A stretch of DNA of 64,000 nt, taken from Ylistrum balloti. Taxonomy: Eukaryota. Under the pieces are notes generated by a model, which made no database searches, was not told the DNA's origin, and saw only the letters and a list, made by a program, of their open reading frames with translations. The DNA lies in contig NW_026782019.1 in assembly GCF_031769215.1 (NCBI RefSeq), positions 992,001 to 1,056,000 on the forward strand, written 5' to 3'. The translations under genes were made by a program, and so were the position numbers. This document shows positions 50,331-64,000 of this stretch, in pieces (the stretch's first letter is position 1; the number at the start of each line of letters is the position of its first letter).

Positions 50331-51690
50331 AAAATACCAGATCATTTAGTAAACAAAACAAACATTGACTGCATCAATCACATTTCTTAAATGAAACATA
50401 AAGCACATCACTCATGTAAATTACAGACATTATAGATTCTGTTTATCCCATACATAAAATTCCGAGACATCACACCACATCTGTGATGGATTGGTCATAT
50501 GACCCACACAATACCACCTGTAAATATCACATCCCATCATGCATAATTTCCCCTGCACTTACAGCATATTCCTTCATGATCAATCACCCCAAGATATACA
50601 CATGTAACACTAATTCAACAGGTGCTTAAATCACACTCTGTTTGTACATGTAAATTATGTAAAAAGAAATATTTCCTATTTCACAAATAAATTTAATCAG
50701 CTGTGAGTTACACTTCACTCTCCAGCAAATTATAATCAACAAATCAAGAATAAAAAAAATGTCTGCAATAACAAGACATGTTAACAAAATCACATCGAGG
50801 TATATTTCACACTCATCGTCAATGTCACAAGGGCAAAACATAAACAAAATCAAGCTTTTTATCAACCATGGAAAAAGTACAAGGTGAATAAGACCAGGTG
50901 TTACAGAAGGGCAAGTATCTGGTGTTTCATTGATGGCAGATTTTTATGTACAGAGTCAATACAGCCTCTATTGGGTATTTACTTTGAGATGAGCAGATTA
51001 AGGATGTTATTTATACACATCGTTGAATGAGTATATAAGATAAATGTTTAATGTGTGAAATATCCCTGTAATATCTAACTTTTGAAGTACAGAAGACATG
51101 GAATGTTCCACTGTATGTACAAGCATTTAAGATTTACGACATACTTACAATTTAGCTGATGTTCTGTAACATCTTATTTAAAAGCCTGAAATGATTTTTT
51201 TTCTCTTTTTCCTGTTTTGTTTTTAAATACTTGCAACTTTGATGAAGACATATTTATCTAAAAGGCTGGATACCATTCTATTTCATTAAGCTCAGGATAG
51301 TTTGAAGCTAGCGTGAGCTGAATCCCACTAATGGCCCTCGAAAAGCAGTTTAACATGTGAAAAGTTTATGTGCACAATGACAGACAAAACACTGAACTCT
51401 GTAATGTGGCGGTATATGTAATTCAATTTGATGTTCAACATGATTATATTGATATCTACTTCAATGGAATCGCCAAATCAGCATCATGCCTGATATATAT
51501 GGTAGAAAAGAATGTTATTGTCAGTATTAATGCACAAACCCTGGATCATGGAGGGGATGGGGGTATAGATTTGATTAATTGTTAAGTAGGTAATGGAGAA
51601 TAGGGAAATTCTCACTCAGATTTGCTTCGTTGAATTTGACAAAATCATTTTGTTTAAAATAAGGAGGAAATGCCCATGATCAGAATGTAT

Positions 51691-52243
51691 AATTTCACTC
51701 CTGACCTTGGTAGATAGTGGTAACATTTTACTCCTGACCTTGGTAGATAGTGGTAACATTTCATTCCTGACCTTGGTAGATAGTGGTAACATTTCATTCC
51801 TGACCTTGGTAGATAGTGGTAACATTTCATTCCTGACCTAGGTAGATAGTGGTAACATTTCATTCCTGACCTTGGTAGATAGTGGTAACATTTCATTCCT
51901 GACCTTGGTAGATAGTGGTAACATTTCATTCCTGACCTAGGTAGATAGTGGTAACATTTCATTCCTGACCTAGGTAGATAGTGGTAACATTTCATTCCTG
52001 ACTTTGGTAGATAGTGGTAACATGTCATTCCTGACCTTGGTAGATAGTGGTAACATTTCATTCCTGACCTAGGTAGATAGTGGTAACATTTCATTACTGA
52101 CCTTGGTAGATAGTGGTAACATTTCATTACTGACCTTGGTAGATAGTGGTAACATTTCATTCTTGACCTTGGTAGATAGTTGTAACATTTCATTCCTGAC
52201 CTTGGTAGATAGTGGTAACATTTCATTCCTGACCTAGGTAGAT
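51691..52243. repeat. 33-bp minisatellite, about 16 copies
   Basis: Unit tcattcctgacct(t/a)ggtagatagtggtaacatt. Confidence 0.95.
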
Positions 52244-52488
52244 AATACTATGTACTGGATTCAAATGATCTAGAATGAGTCAATGGTTTTTTTTTCATAA
52301 TTTCCCACTGGCTTGAGAGTACAAACAGTACAAATCAGCACTCTCAGTTCAATGCCATTCCCCACATCAGACAAAAACTTATTTGAGACTAAGGGGCAAA
52401 TAAGTTCAACTCATTAGTGTGATCTCAATATGCATGTTTTGATTGATATATGTGAACAAGGCAATAACAGAATTCTTTATTGTTTGAT

Positions 52489-55400
52489 CTATGTAAGCCA
52501 GGGTTTGACACAACAGTGGAATACTTTTGGATCTCTGTACCACATCACATGTTCTATGTCTGGTATTGTGTAAATGTGAATCGCTTTTCTCTTGTCTAAT
52601 GTCCTCAATCCAAACGAGTCCTGCAAGTAAAACTGGAAAAGAAAAGATTTTCATATCAACCATTAAGTAATGTCCGAGACTTTACGACATTGACAAATGT
52701 TGTCTGATTCATTTGCCAATGAACAGTTCAGTCAAAGAATATGTTTATATTTCCCAAACTATTTTTGACTCTAATTTGCTTGACATGCGGATTGACAATT
52801 TGCTAACACAGTGATTTATCTTATATCTTTAACAATGTAATACATAGAAAATATAACGGCTTCCAATGAAATGACCTATATATTTCATTTGCGTGACAGT
52901 ATATAATGATATTTTTCATTCACACTAGCAAAGAGATATCTACTGTCTATCATACTGATGAATATACATGATTTTCTATGGTAAAAAGTTCACATCCTCT
53001 ATAATGGAAGAAATCAGTAAATTTTAGGGTAGAAGCTGATCAAGGATTTTAGATAAATACATTACAGTATTTCCTGCTTTACTCAAACCCTAGGGATGAA
53101 AACACTACTGTGCAAGTATCATTCATTCCTTCGTACTGGATTTTAGTGAAAACGTGAACAATATCATCATCTTATGGCTTTGTGACATACCCGCTGTTGT
53201 CGCATCTCAACGATATCTTCTGATCCATTGAAGAATCCAAATTGACTACAAAAAAGTTAGATACATTGATACATTACATTATGTCAGTCTTGTAAATGAG
53301 TAAATACATTTAACATCAGTGTGGCATACCTGCTCTTTACAGGTAAATACATGTTACATCACTACAGTGTACCTGCACCGTAAACAGGTACAAATGTAAA
53401 TACATGTAACATCAGTGTGGTTTACCTGAACTTTACACAGGTACAAATGTAAATACATGTAACATCAGTGTGGTTTACCTCCACCGTAAATAGGTACAAA
53501 TGTAAATACATGTAACATCAGTGTGGTTTACCTGCACCGTAAACAGGTACAAATGTAAATACATGTAACATCAGTGTGGTTTACCTGCTCTTTACATAGG
53601 TAAATACATTTAACATCACTATGGTGTACCTGTATCTTTAACAGGTAAATATATTTACATGTAGCATCAGTGTTGTGTGCTGTACTGTACACAGGTAAAT
53701 AGCAACAGTATGATGTACCTGTCCTGTACACAGGTAAATAACAACAGTATTGTGTACCTGTCCTGTACACAGGTAGACAACATCAGTATTGTGTACCTGT
53801 CCTGTACACAGGTAGACAACATCAGTATTGTGTACCTGACCTGTACACAGGTAAACAACATCAGTATTGTGTACCTGTCCTGTACACAGGTAGACAACAT
53901 CAGTATTGTGTACCTGTCCTGTACACAGGTAGACAACATCAGTATTGTGTACCTGTCCTGTACACAGGTAGACAACATCAGTGTTCCTTTTCTGTACTCT
54001 ACATTGTATGCCTGTAGTCTGTATATAAATGTACCTGGACTGCCATGGAGTAATCACTTGATCATGAGGTCCACCAATTAGCACTAAGTTCTTCAGTTGC
54101 AGAAAATTTTCCTTGTACTCTGTAAATTAACAGAATGCAGAAGATTTAAAAAAAGACTGGTTTTTGAAAGCAAAACTAAGATAGTAAGAAAAAACATCTG
54201 ATTGAAAACCTAGTCTTCTAACTCTATCTTAAAGTCAAGATCTGTTACCATCACTATTAGATAAAACCACAAACAGTCTTATTTCATTCATGACTCGTTT
54301 ACTCCAACATACATTAGATTTGAGCTGTAATTGGGTTGAAATCAGCCATAATACTTTGTATTTGTGAAAGATATCTTGTATCCTGTAAGTCAATCTACTA
54401 ATTGCCTATCATTGTGTACTGATTGAGATTTTTTAAACTACTGGCACATGAAAATACTAACATGCTTGTACTGACAAATTAAAACATAATTTTTCATCCA
54501 TTAACTTCAATTAAAAAATATCACAAACATCATAAAGGAAATCTGTTTCTTATTCCAACAGAAAATTGAGAGTCACTGTGCAGCTTACAGTAACCAACAG
54601 CTAAACAATACCAGTATTTTCAGTTGAAGTAATATAATCTTTCATCCCCTTTGTGGTGAGATAGAGAGATATTAACATGAGGGGGAGGAGGATTAATTTA
54701 GTAAACATGAGGCTTGCTCAGTGTTTGCTACTTAACCATCTTTTCCCGAGTGTCAAGCTCACCCATTTCACCAATAAGGAGGCGTTGGTCCTGCTGGTCT
54801 TATTAGGTACACGTTTTTGTTGTGCAAGTACTTCGCATTTTGTTTTGACATCACAGACATGAAAGGGTTATTGAGTTCTTGAGGTGACGTCAGTGAATCG
54901 TTACTGTAAAATCCTTCTATTGTCCTCACATTTGTGAAAACCTTTATTACCTATATTGTGTTCTGAGTTTGTATCATTGTCCAGCAGTGCCAGGAACACA
55001 GATTCATTTCTGTAAAGTTCTTCATGGTGTGGATCTATAAAAAAATTCCATCATGTTATAAATTATAAAATTAATAAAATATAATAATAGGTATTTTTCC
55101 ATAATAAAAAAATTCACAGTTAACATTATTTAATGTTTTACAATAGTATTAGTAAAGCATCACTTCCATTCACATTGACAGCTGTAAACAGTGTATCTAA
55201 TACTACATATATGTACATAAAAAGTATTTACCACAGACATTAAAGATACACACCTTAGTCCATTATAGATCTTCACTTTAGTTTATTATAGATATACACT
55301 TTAGTCCATGAACATGCTGAACAAACTAGTGATATTAATCACTGTAAATACATGTAGCACCTTGATTGTAACATTCTAGTCAGTAATTAATTGCCAGTGA

Positions 55401-58400
55401 ATATATCTGATTTTTCACAAGTATGTAATAGCAAATTCAGTGTGTATATGTTCTTACCATGCCAATAGTTACCCACAGACCAATGTTGTCCATAACTGGT
55501 ATAAAAATACCTAAAATGATAAAAAAAAAAACAAGGATCAATTGTACAATTGCTTTAGTATACCTCATTATAAATTATTTTGAGGAAAGGTTCACAAAAA
55601 CATGTATGATAAAACAAGTATTTTGATCCCCAGTTGGTCATTACTCCATAGCTCTATGCCACTGTCATTAAAGTCACATCACAATTTTTTCTTTGTATAA
55701 AACAACACAGATACTGACTTCCTGAAACTTCACATTTGGAAACTTTTATAAAAGTGAATTATAAAGTGTTAAGTAAGTTTTGGGGAGGCAAAAAATTTGT
55801 GTTATTTGAGATAACTACTGAGTTATTGGAAAATTTATATTAACATTTTAGTCAATTTTCTACAGATTGCATGTTAAAGGTTGATTTTGGCATTAAGGAA
55901 GAGATGGAAGAGGGATTGATAGGAAAGAATGTCTAGTGATAGGAGTATGATGGGGCCAAGTCAGAAGAGGAAGAGGAGGGATCCTATTTTCCACTTATAA
56001 AGAACCAGTACCTTTGTAAATCTGTGTTGCAAATCTTTGGAAGTAATATCAGTAGTTTGATAGTGTTTGTTGGTTGTAAGTAAAACTAATTTATATGTGC
56101 AGCTATAGCAGCAAGCATTCCTGTTTGACTCTGCCACCAGCAGGAAGGAGGGGTTCGGAGTGTGTGACAGTTTTCACTGTATGTATTAGCAATTATGAGT
56201 CAAAAAGTGTGGGATGAGGCACAGAAGAGGAGGCTCCTGACCTTGCATAGTCTCAGTATGTATCAGTTACCGGTAATCAAAAAGTTACATGGTGACAATA
56301 ATACCATAAAAACAAATTACAAGAGAGAGTCCAATATCTTATGCAGTGATATTTATACTCCTTGCAACAAAGTGCAAGGTAGAGTTAATGTACTGGAATC
56401 AGTAAACTGACATACAATAGATAAAATTCTAGATTTTAGTAAGAGGAGATCCATTCAGAAAGACTTGCTATAATATTGACTTCAGGAGAAGTTGCATTCA
56501 CAAGGAATGTGATGAAGTAATAATATGATTCAATTAAGACTTGATCAGATATAAGGACATAAATCTTTAGCTCACCTGTAAATTTCTTCTTTTATGAAAT
56601 GTGGAAACAGATACTTCAAATAAGCAGTGTCTGAAAAAAGGTGTAAATAACAAAACACTACTCAGTTAAAGATAACATGGCCATGATGCGCTTGAGGATA
56701 AATAAACAAAACACAATATTCCTCTTATTAAGTTAAAGGACATTTAGGTATATTTTTCATATTTCTTGTAATTGTTGTCATTGATATTCAAGAGGCCTAT
56801 GAGCCACTGCTTAGCACCTTATTAGGGGACAACACTCTTTGAAGAGTTTATTTTGATAACTTTCATGATCAACCAAAGTATCAAACTCATTCTTTTTTTT
56901 GTATATATATAATGTAGGAGAAAGAGTGACCTTATAAAAAGTAGGTCAAGGTAATTAATAGGTGTAAATGGGAGAATGTTTCGCATGTAAAAGCACTTTA
57001 AAATAAACAAACAATTAGAATAAGATATGAAAATCTAATAAAAAATGAAAAGAAACTAAATAAAACAATAAATGTACTGACCTCCATATTGACCTGCCTG
57101 TGGTGAACTCAGGGATATGAATGTGTCAACATTGTGTCTTGTTACAGAGAGTAAACCACGACATATCAATCCGCCTGAAATATATAGTACATTTACTAAC
57201 ACTAGTTTTATTAACAGTCCTAAAACTTTTCCACTTTTCAGTTTCTGAGATTATTGGTAAACTTCGACTGATTTTACATTCATCACCTTTATTTATATCA
57301 ATTTCAAACTAAAGAAGTTTTACGACTATTTACATTGTATTGTACAGTGTATAACTACCAGTACACTGTAAACATTAGATTCTGGAATTAATTTGTATAT
57401 AGTGAGAATTTGGATTCTCAGCAGGCTATTTACAGGGGCAGCATTACATACAACATTAACATAAGTAGCTGTCTTGTTGAGCATGGGATGATCAACACTA
57501 GAGTATGTGGGATAGGCACTAATTCAGGGTTTTACTTACCAGACTTGATCTAGAAACTTTGCACATATGTAGTAATCTTTGTTGAAACTGAACAATTACA
57601 ACTGTTTCAGATGGTTGAAATAAAAGAAAAGAGCTTTCATAAAATTTATCACCAAACAAATCTTCATTTAAAACCAAGTCAGAAAACCACTGCTGCATGT
57701 TCCCATTTTAATACTGAAGGTGTTTCTTTGTGTCAGGTGTGAAAATTCTGGAGAGATGGTTGTAGGTATTATATTGTGTGACATTATTTGTGAACAACAT
57801 ACTGTGAACTACAAACCTTGTGAGAAGCATAACAAATGAACCCCTTCTGGATGATCCTTCATGATGTCCACAACAATACTCTGTATTTTGTACACCTGGG
57901 TCCATAACGGCTGTAAGCTCTCGTAACCATTGAAGGCATCAATAGTTGTCACATTGGTCCCTGGGTGAACCTGTTATTAACAGTTCACAATACTTATCTG
58001 TATTATTGTTAGATGTCATCTTATTACATTTCAGAATTTGACATCTATATACATTTACCTGAATTGAGCATGTTTTATATATTTCTTGTGTTGCCAATGA
58101 AGTATAAGAAACAGCTTCAGCCAATGTTCTAACTTCATTCCGAAAGCTAAATAATATTAATAAGCATTTCATTATTCATTTATTTCATGGACTCAACAAC
58201 TGTTATTATAGTCATTGGCCTTTCAGCTGGTAAGAAAAGTTGGAAGCGTGTAGAATGAGAAAAGCAAAATGGTAACATGTATGCTATACCTGTATAAGTT
58301 ATTTTAAAGACTACACATGTGACTTACTAAAAGATTTACTAAATCTCTGATATCATTTCATTCTGTGATATATTTGTCTTATTATTTATGTTGTCAACTT

Positions 58401-59235
58401 TTCTTTCATACAATTAATTTGTGATTCTTAATCATGCTGTAAATATTGTATATTTCATATCTGACCACATGAGAGAAGTGTCATTGACTCAATGTGGAGG
58501 TAGTGAAAGAAATGGGATATAATCAATTAGCATATTGTAAGACTGCCTGTGCATATACTACCAAAAATCCAGGTCTCTCATGAACAAGCTGCTGAAACAA
58601 ATCACAGATTTGAAGCATCCTTAAATATATGAATATCCACTAAATTCCATCACAAAGGATCAAAAACAATACCTCAACTTAAGGCACATCGGTCACTGGT
58701 TGGTCATAACGTCTATTTACAAAACCAGTCATATATATTTATATGCATTTCCATTAATTGATAAATCGAAACAGCGATTTCAATTTTAAATGTTTGAATT
58801 TTCAGCACAAATTTCCTGAACATATTGTCTAAAATTATGTCAATTTTAACACCGATTATCTTTCCAGTGTCGATGATCTTGTTAATCATCGTTACTGGTG
58901 ACAAGTGACCACAAGGATATTTTAAAATGTAGAATACCTAACCTAAGCTTGTGCATTGTTTCATATGACTGTCAGTTGGATTATAGCCCCAATGTATCAA
59001 CTTCCCTAGCCGAATAAAGGAAAACGGCCCAAGTCATATGACGAAACGAAAGTAGGCTACATGTATAAATTCACCTGCCTCTCATTGAAGGCCTGCAGCT
59101 TACCTTTTCTATGAGATCAATTATTGGTTTTACTTCATCAGATGAAGCAAGAATCCCGTGCATATAAATGACAGGTTTGAAGGACAGACACAGGCTGATA
59201 ACTTCAAATAACGTCACAAACAGCAGACTATTCAT
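52489..59235 (-). CDS. PPT2: lysosomal palmitoyl-protein thioesterase 2, 9 coding exons, 284 aa
   Basis: complement join(59235-59104,57970-57817,57174-57082,56630-56576,55510-55458,55034-54951,54119-54035,53245-53191,52632-52489) = 855 nt, GT-AG, phase-consistent. Signal peptide [18 protein letters not shown], then [34 protein letters not shown] (catalytic Ser), [45 protein letters not shown] (Asp), DSFGLRTL and EHVMW (His), ending PWLT. A non-coding exon donor CTG|GTAAGT lies at 60220/60219. Confidence 0.95.
53290..53985. repeat. composite minisatellite (eight 39-bp units grading into 44-53-bp units) filling PPT2 coding intron 7
   Basis: 39-bp unit caggtagacaacatcagtattgtgtacctgtcctgtaca at 53692-53985. 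53-bp units at 53385, 53438, 53491 and 53544. Shared core caggta...aacatcagt...tacctg. Confidence 0.92.
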
Positions 59236-59980
59236 GGTGTCCAAGCTTCACTGTAAGGCAGGATACACTTGGTGATACTATTTACAGTTAGTCAGAGTTT
59301 GACTCAGCCTGGTAACTCCTGGTGATCAATACGTTCGATGTAATTGTAACCATTCAAGAGCTGTTCTGTTTTGTTTTTGTTTTCATTATCATAACCCGTG
59401 TTTTACTAGTAAATATAAGTATGATGACAATAGCGGGGTAATGATTACACGTTTCAAGGACTATGAGAGAAATTGATACTATTAGAGAGTAAAGAACGAC
59501 AACTCTGTACAATTTGGTAGCGTTAATGGAAGAGAAGGTGGATTTTAACCCACAAATCATGTTTGACTGTATATAAAATATTTCTCTGAAAACATCTTAA
59601 TTACATTTATATGTTGTTCCGGCTATGATTTTGACATGGTAAGGAAAAATATGAATATAAGTGTCAATCTCTTATTTCCTGCTTATATGACTGCATTTCG
59701 GAAAAATACTTATATGCCATTTTCCGAATAAAAGTTCAAAAAATTTCTCCTCTGATCAGTAACCTTTACATTTTTACATTACGAATTATAGCAAAATGCT
59801 TATTTTAAGACGAAAATTAATTATGTCCTTTTTTAGTTGAAATTTAAATCAAATTTTTATCAAAACGATTATTTTGACCATTTTTTTGGGGGGTGTAAGG
59901 GGGTGTGAGGGGGGCGCTGTGAGGGTTTGTGTTGAAGGAAATGGGGATGAGTGAGGGTGTGGGGGAGTTAAGGGTCTCTC

Positions 59981-59995
59981 TGCGTGCGTGCGTGC

Positions 59996-60032
<37 letters not shown>

Positions 60033-60040
60033 GTTGTTGT
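59981..60040. repeat. (GCGT)n(GT)n(GTT)n microsatellite
   Basis: Direct reading. Confidence 0.9.
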
Positions 60041-60399
60041 TTTTTTTTCAGTTGGTGGGAGAGGTATTTCCTATCATCCTAACCTGTTCAAAATATAACC
60101 ACCGGAACAAACGTTTAATTTTAGAATTTCGGTTCATTTCATACATCCTTAAAGGTTCTAACACAAATAATTATGTTCAGCATGATAAGCATTTCATTAT
60201 ACACACATGCGACACTTACCAGGTATACATGCCTGGCAGATAGGGATGGGTACAAACCATTCCCCATTCAACATATCGTACCTAAAAAGTCAGAATTAAA
60301 AGCGAGCAAACATTATCTGAAAGATGATCATTATATATGTTATATTACAAGCTATTGAGCACATTCTGGAACAACGGCCATACATAAAGATTTATATCG

Positions 60400-60600
60400 A
60401 AGTCCGTATTTGACAGTCCCGTGCGTTGCCAGGCCTAAAAGACACTACATTGCTGTAGTTAATACAACCAGATGCGGATCTCGTTCGTGACGAGAATTAT
60501 CGAGATTCTGTACTCGACTGAGATCGAGGAGCTAAACAAGACGGTTAAGTGCAGCTCTCATCAACAAACAATTGAAAACCATGTAGTCGCTTTGTTTGGA
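60400..60600. promoter_or_regulatory. probable bidirectional promoter between PPT2 (-) and a secreted-protein gene (+)
   Basis: CpG-enriched island between a minus-strand donor at 60220 and a plus-strand ATG at 60625. Contains an inverted TCTCGT...ACGAGA motif at 60479-60495. Confidence 0.45.
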
Positions 60601-60624
60601 TTTTAAACAGATATATCAGACAAT

Positions 60625-60703
60625 ATGTCTGTTTATTTCTTCATTATAGGGTTACTTGTTACCCTTTCTGGTCACTTTTCTGAAGGAAATTCACGAACTG
60701 AAG
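60625..60703 (+). CDS. first coding exon (signal peptide) of an unidentified secreted or membrane protein; rest not resolved in the window
   Basis: MSVYFFIIGLLVTLSGHFSEGNSRTE(G), with a hydrophobic h-region and a small-residue cleavage site, followed by a consensus phase-1 donor AAG|GTAAGT at 60703/60704. Confidence 0.6.
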
Positions 60704-62622
60704 GTAAGTCTGCAACACTTGTCACTGACATCTGTTTATAGATATAGTGTGTCACCATATATTTTATAAAGTGTGACATGCTTTCACTTTCCGTGGAAGA
60801 TTGGCTTAAGGAATTTGTCACATTCTCCATTATTTTTCACTGCAAAAGAGCAAATTGTCGTGTTTCAAGTTACTTTAGTATTGACTTACGATCATATAAT
60901 ATCAATAGTGAAAAATGATCGTGAATAATGAAAGCGCAACAGGATAGGGATGGGGGTCGTTGGCCTGATAAACTTCCATTTTGATATAGCATGGCATGGC
61001 TTTCAACAGAAATAACAAAAAGTGTTTAATTTATTTAACATATTGAAAATTGTTCTACATGAAATTGATAAATCTTACAAATAGTTGTTTGAATATTCAT
61101 ACAATTTCCTGGAGATACATTCGTTGGTAGATTTAGAAGTACATCTATCACAATATTTTCACTGTATATCTATTCTTGGACTGACGCATAAACTGACATC
61201 TGTAACACTGGAACATCTAAAAACATGTTAATGAAATTTAGCTTATAATTCCATGCCACAGAAGAATAAGCCATTTCATGTTTGCCACTGAAGATGAAAA
61301 TAATTATATGTTATATACATCTTTGGTTGTCAAGATGACTTCTTTACATCAACATAGTACAGAAAGGTAGTTCAGTTATGATTAATGCTTACTCGTTTAT
61401 AACAGTTTATAGAATGATATTGAATACTTTTCAGAAATCATTTTTAATGGATTCTGCAAGCACTTTGCACTTAATACATCCTTTTAGCAGGGGACATGTA
61501 CAAGCATGTGGCGTGTAAAGATCAATGCCCTGATGCAGGACTTGATATAGAATACCAGCCAAAATTAGATTATAGCAGTTTACAGCACTTAATTACTTTG
61601 ATAGTAGCCATGCTGGTTTATAGACAAGTTTCTATTTATTCATTCACTTAGACATACAAAATGCTTTTAACAAAGGGTAACAATAATTTGCATACCTGAA
61701 AGTGGTCAGTATTTTATATACAGTGTGTCACAATAGAAATGTTGTCAGGTACGAGGTCTGAATAGCAACATAATGAGCAAATGTTATATATACAGTACAG
61801 TGGGCTTAGTATATACTGGTGGTGATAACTATTTATATATATTTAGGAACTAAAGAGTGAGTTCAATTCATTTCAAAACCTTGCCATGCAACTCCTAAGT
61901 CCAAATATCATTATTACTTTCTCAAATCTGTAACAAGTTTTTTGATACATGATGTAAAAATGTTTTGAAATTTTTACCCTAGTCTTCCTCTTAGTATTTT
62001 TAAAAAAAGATTGATAAGTCATCAGATGTCATCCAAGTTTCAGTGAATATATTTGGTTGTTGGAGACATGAAGAACAAATACAAAAAGTTGTTTTTATAT
62101 TAAGAGTTGATCTTCCATAACGTCTGTTTGGCATTTAAATATTATATATGTATTTAATTCTAAGTCTAAATGTGATTTAACAATTCTGTTGACATTAATT
62201 CCTAATACACTCAATGCTTTGTTAATTTGTGTTTTATTAAAAGAGAAAAAGATCAAGGTGCTTGGCAAACTAATTATATATGTGATATTACTGATATTAA
62301 TGTTAGGGTTCTGCATGACTATAAAGTTATGATGTCACTAATGGAAACAGTGGGAATCATCAGCCAATAGCATTCCTCTATACATGAGTAATTACAACAA
62401 ATTATGGATGTAATTACAATGATAGCGGGTAGTTATATGATAAATAGGATAATTCAACCTTCATATGAAGATACTAACTCTATACCGTTCTCACTGATCA
62501 TGAATAAAACCAAAGAAGCCAGTTATGAACTATGAACTATGAACTAAGCTGCTAAATATTCCAGACCAACATGTAACACTAAGGACATTAGTGTTACAAA
62601 CAAACAGTTAAGAAGATGTGTG

Positions 62623-62785
62623 CAGGGTTTTCCATAATTTTGTTAGTAGTGGGCTATGTAGTGAAAGTAGGAGGCTGGCCTGCCATATACGTGTAGTCGT
62701 GTATGGAACATTATTACGGAACTGGATTGATTAAGGCAGCCAAATGATCAAATTGGCCGGCGACCGGCTCTTATGGAAAACCCTG
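62623..62785. mobile_element. 163-bp MITE with perfect 15-bp TIRs
   Basis: CAGGGTTTTCCATAA (62623-62637) and TTATGGAAAACCCTG (62771-62785), flanked by tgtgtg on both sides. TSD length is ambiguous in TG context. Confidence 0.8.
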
Positions 62786-64000
62786 TGTGTGTATTGTCAT
62801 TGTCACATATGTACCTAACTTTAAGATGTAAAACATGTGTGGAATTGTTCCTGCTTTTGATGAAATTTTTTCTTCAATTTGTACTTAACTCAAAGTAATT
62901 CAAATTCTTTTATCCTGGATGATTAGTATTTATTTATTTTTTTTTTAAATTTTCAAAATAAAGAGTGCATCAGTGATACGCAATTTTAATTTAACATTAT
63001 TGATTGATCACATGGAGAGAAAGTAACGAAATCTACATACAGCTGGGCAGTTACTAGTGACACAATTACATAATAGACATTGCTAGACCTATATAGACAA
63101 CACTACTAGTGTTACACAAGACTAGAACAGATGTTCCTGTCACAGAGGCTTTGATAACATTGATTAACATTATGTGATATTATCACAGAAGACACATGGT
63201 GCCAAACATATATAGATACGTAATTTCTACAGTCCTTATCATTTATGTATAGATACAGTTAAAACCAAAAGAACAAAGGGCCTAGTAACTAAAGCAATTA
63301 ACTGCTTGCTTCGTTCAATCTCTCACATACATTCCCTGTACAAAGTTCATGTATTTTACGGAAAGTCAAAAATGATTTTTAAAAAAAAAAAAAACGAAAC
63401 TAAAAATTTTCTTTTGATTTGCTGCTAGAAATGATGAGTTAGTAATTATCATGTTAACATGACATTACTGTCAATCTGTACATGTTACTGTCAGACTGCC
63501 CCTAAAAAACACTTTCAGTTTTATCACTCTTTAAAGAGGCATGCAATCTATCCTACTGCACATGTTTCCAGTCTGTCACGCAGACAACAAATTACTTCTC
63601 ACTTGCTTCACAATTCAAGCAACTGAAAAATTAATAATAAGTTTAACTCATTGAAATTAGAGTCATCCAAACTAAAATTACACAGATGAAGAAGCAAAAT
63701 AATTGGGACTTTGAAATTATTTTGACTCAAGCAATTTTGAGACAAAAAGGTTCAATTGTATATTCAGGACTTTCATCAGACCCTTGAAAGCATCTCATTC
63801 AAGAGATATCTGGAGGAATCAAAGATTATAATACTGATAAGTAAGAAAGATTGAAAGTTGACTGTGTAAACAGACATTGAAATACCTTGCATGAGATATC
63901 AGTATATGAAACCAGAAATGTTATCCTATATATGCTTGTAAAATTCAACAGCTGTTGTGTCTCAGGTGGTGCAATAAATTTCTTATTTGAAAATTCACTG

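Noticed and set aside
49167-54084. Repetitive Cys/Tyr-rich ORFs at 49167-49448, 51616-52226 and 53528-54084
   Set aside because: Translations of 30-, 33- and 39/53-bp minisatellites. Only 54119-54035 is real coding sequence (PPT2 exon 7).
63768-63840. Exon-like segment ttcag|...|gtaaga as exon 2 of the secreted-protein gene
   Set aside because: In the phase required by exon 1 (phase 1) it hits TGA after five codons.

Overview
AT-rich, intron-containing animal genomic DNA. The repeat types suggest a bivalve mollusc, but that is inference. Four complete protein-coding genes were assembled by hand from GT-AG splice sites with consistent reading phase. (1) ORC4, + strand, 12 coding exons, 10230-22686, 441 aa. 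(2) A catalytically dead cholinesterase-fold type I membrane protein (neuroligin-like), - strand, 4 coding exons including a 32-nt microexon, 30615-24932, 632 aa. (3) An unrecognised 114-aa Cys-rich (putative zinc-binding) protein with a Lys/Ser-rich basic tail, - strand, 3 coding exons, 45032-42590. (4) PPT2, - strand, 9 coding exons, 59235-52489, 284 aa. The first coding exon of a signal-peptide-bearing gene lies head-to-head with PPT2 at 60625-60703. Mobile DNA includes the 5' end of an LTR retrotransposon (LTR, tRNA-Leu PBS and open gag-like ORF running off the left edge), decayed LINE, HERO-like and Harbinger fragments, and several MITEs. Roughly 10 kb is tandem repeat. The most unusual signal is that minisatellites are built from real splice junctions. 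In ORC4 intron 8, about 13 tandem copies reproduce the acceptor plus the first 48 nt of exon 9. In the small Cys-rich gene, a 39-bp array is in register with, and repeats, the exon 2 donor. No rRNA, tRNA or CRISPR array was found.
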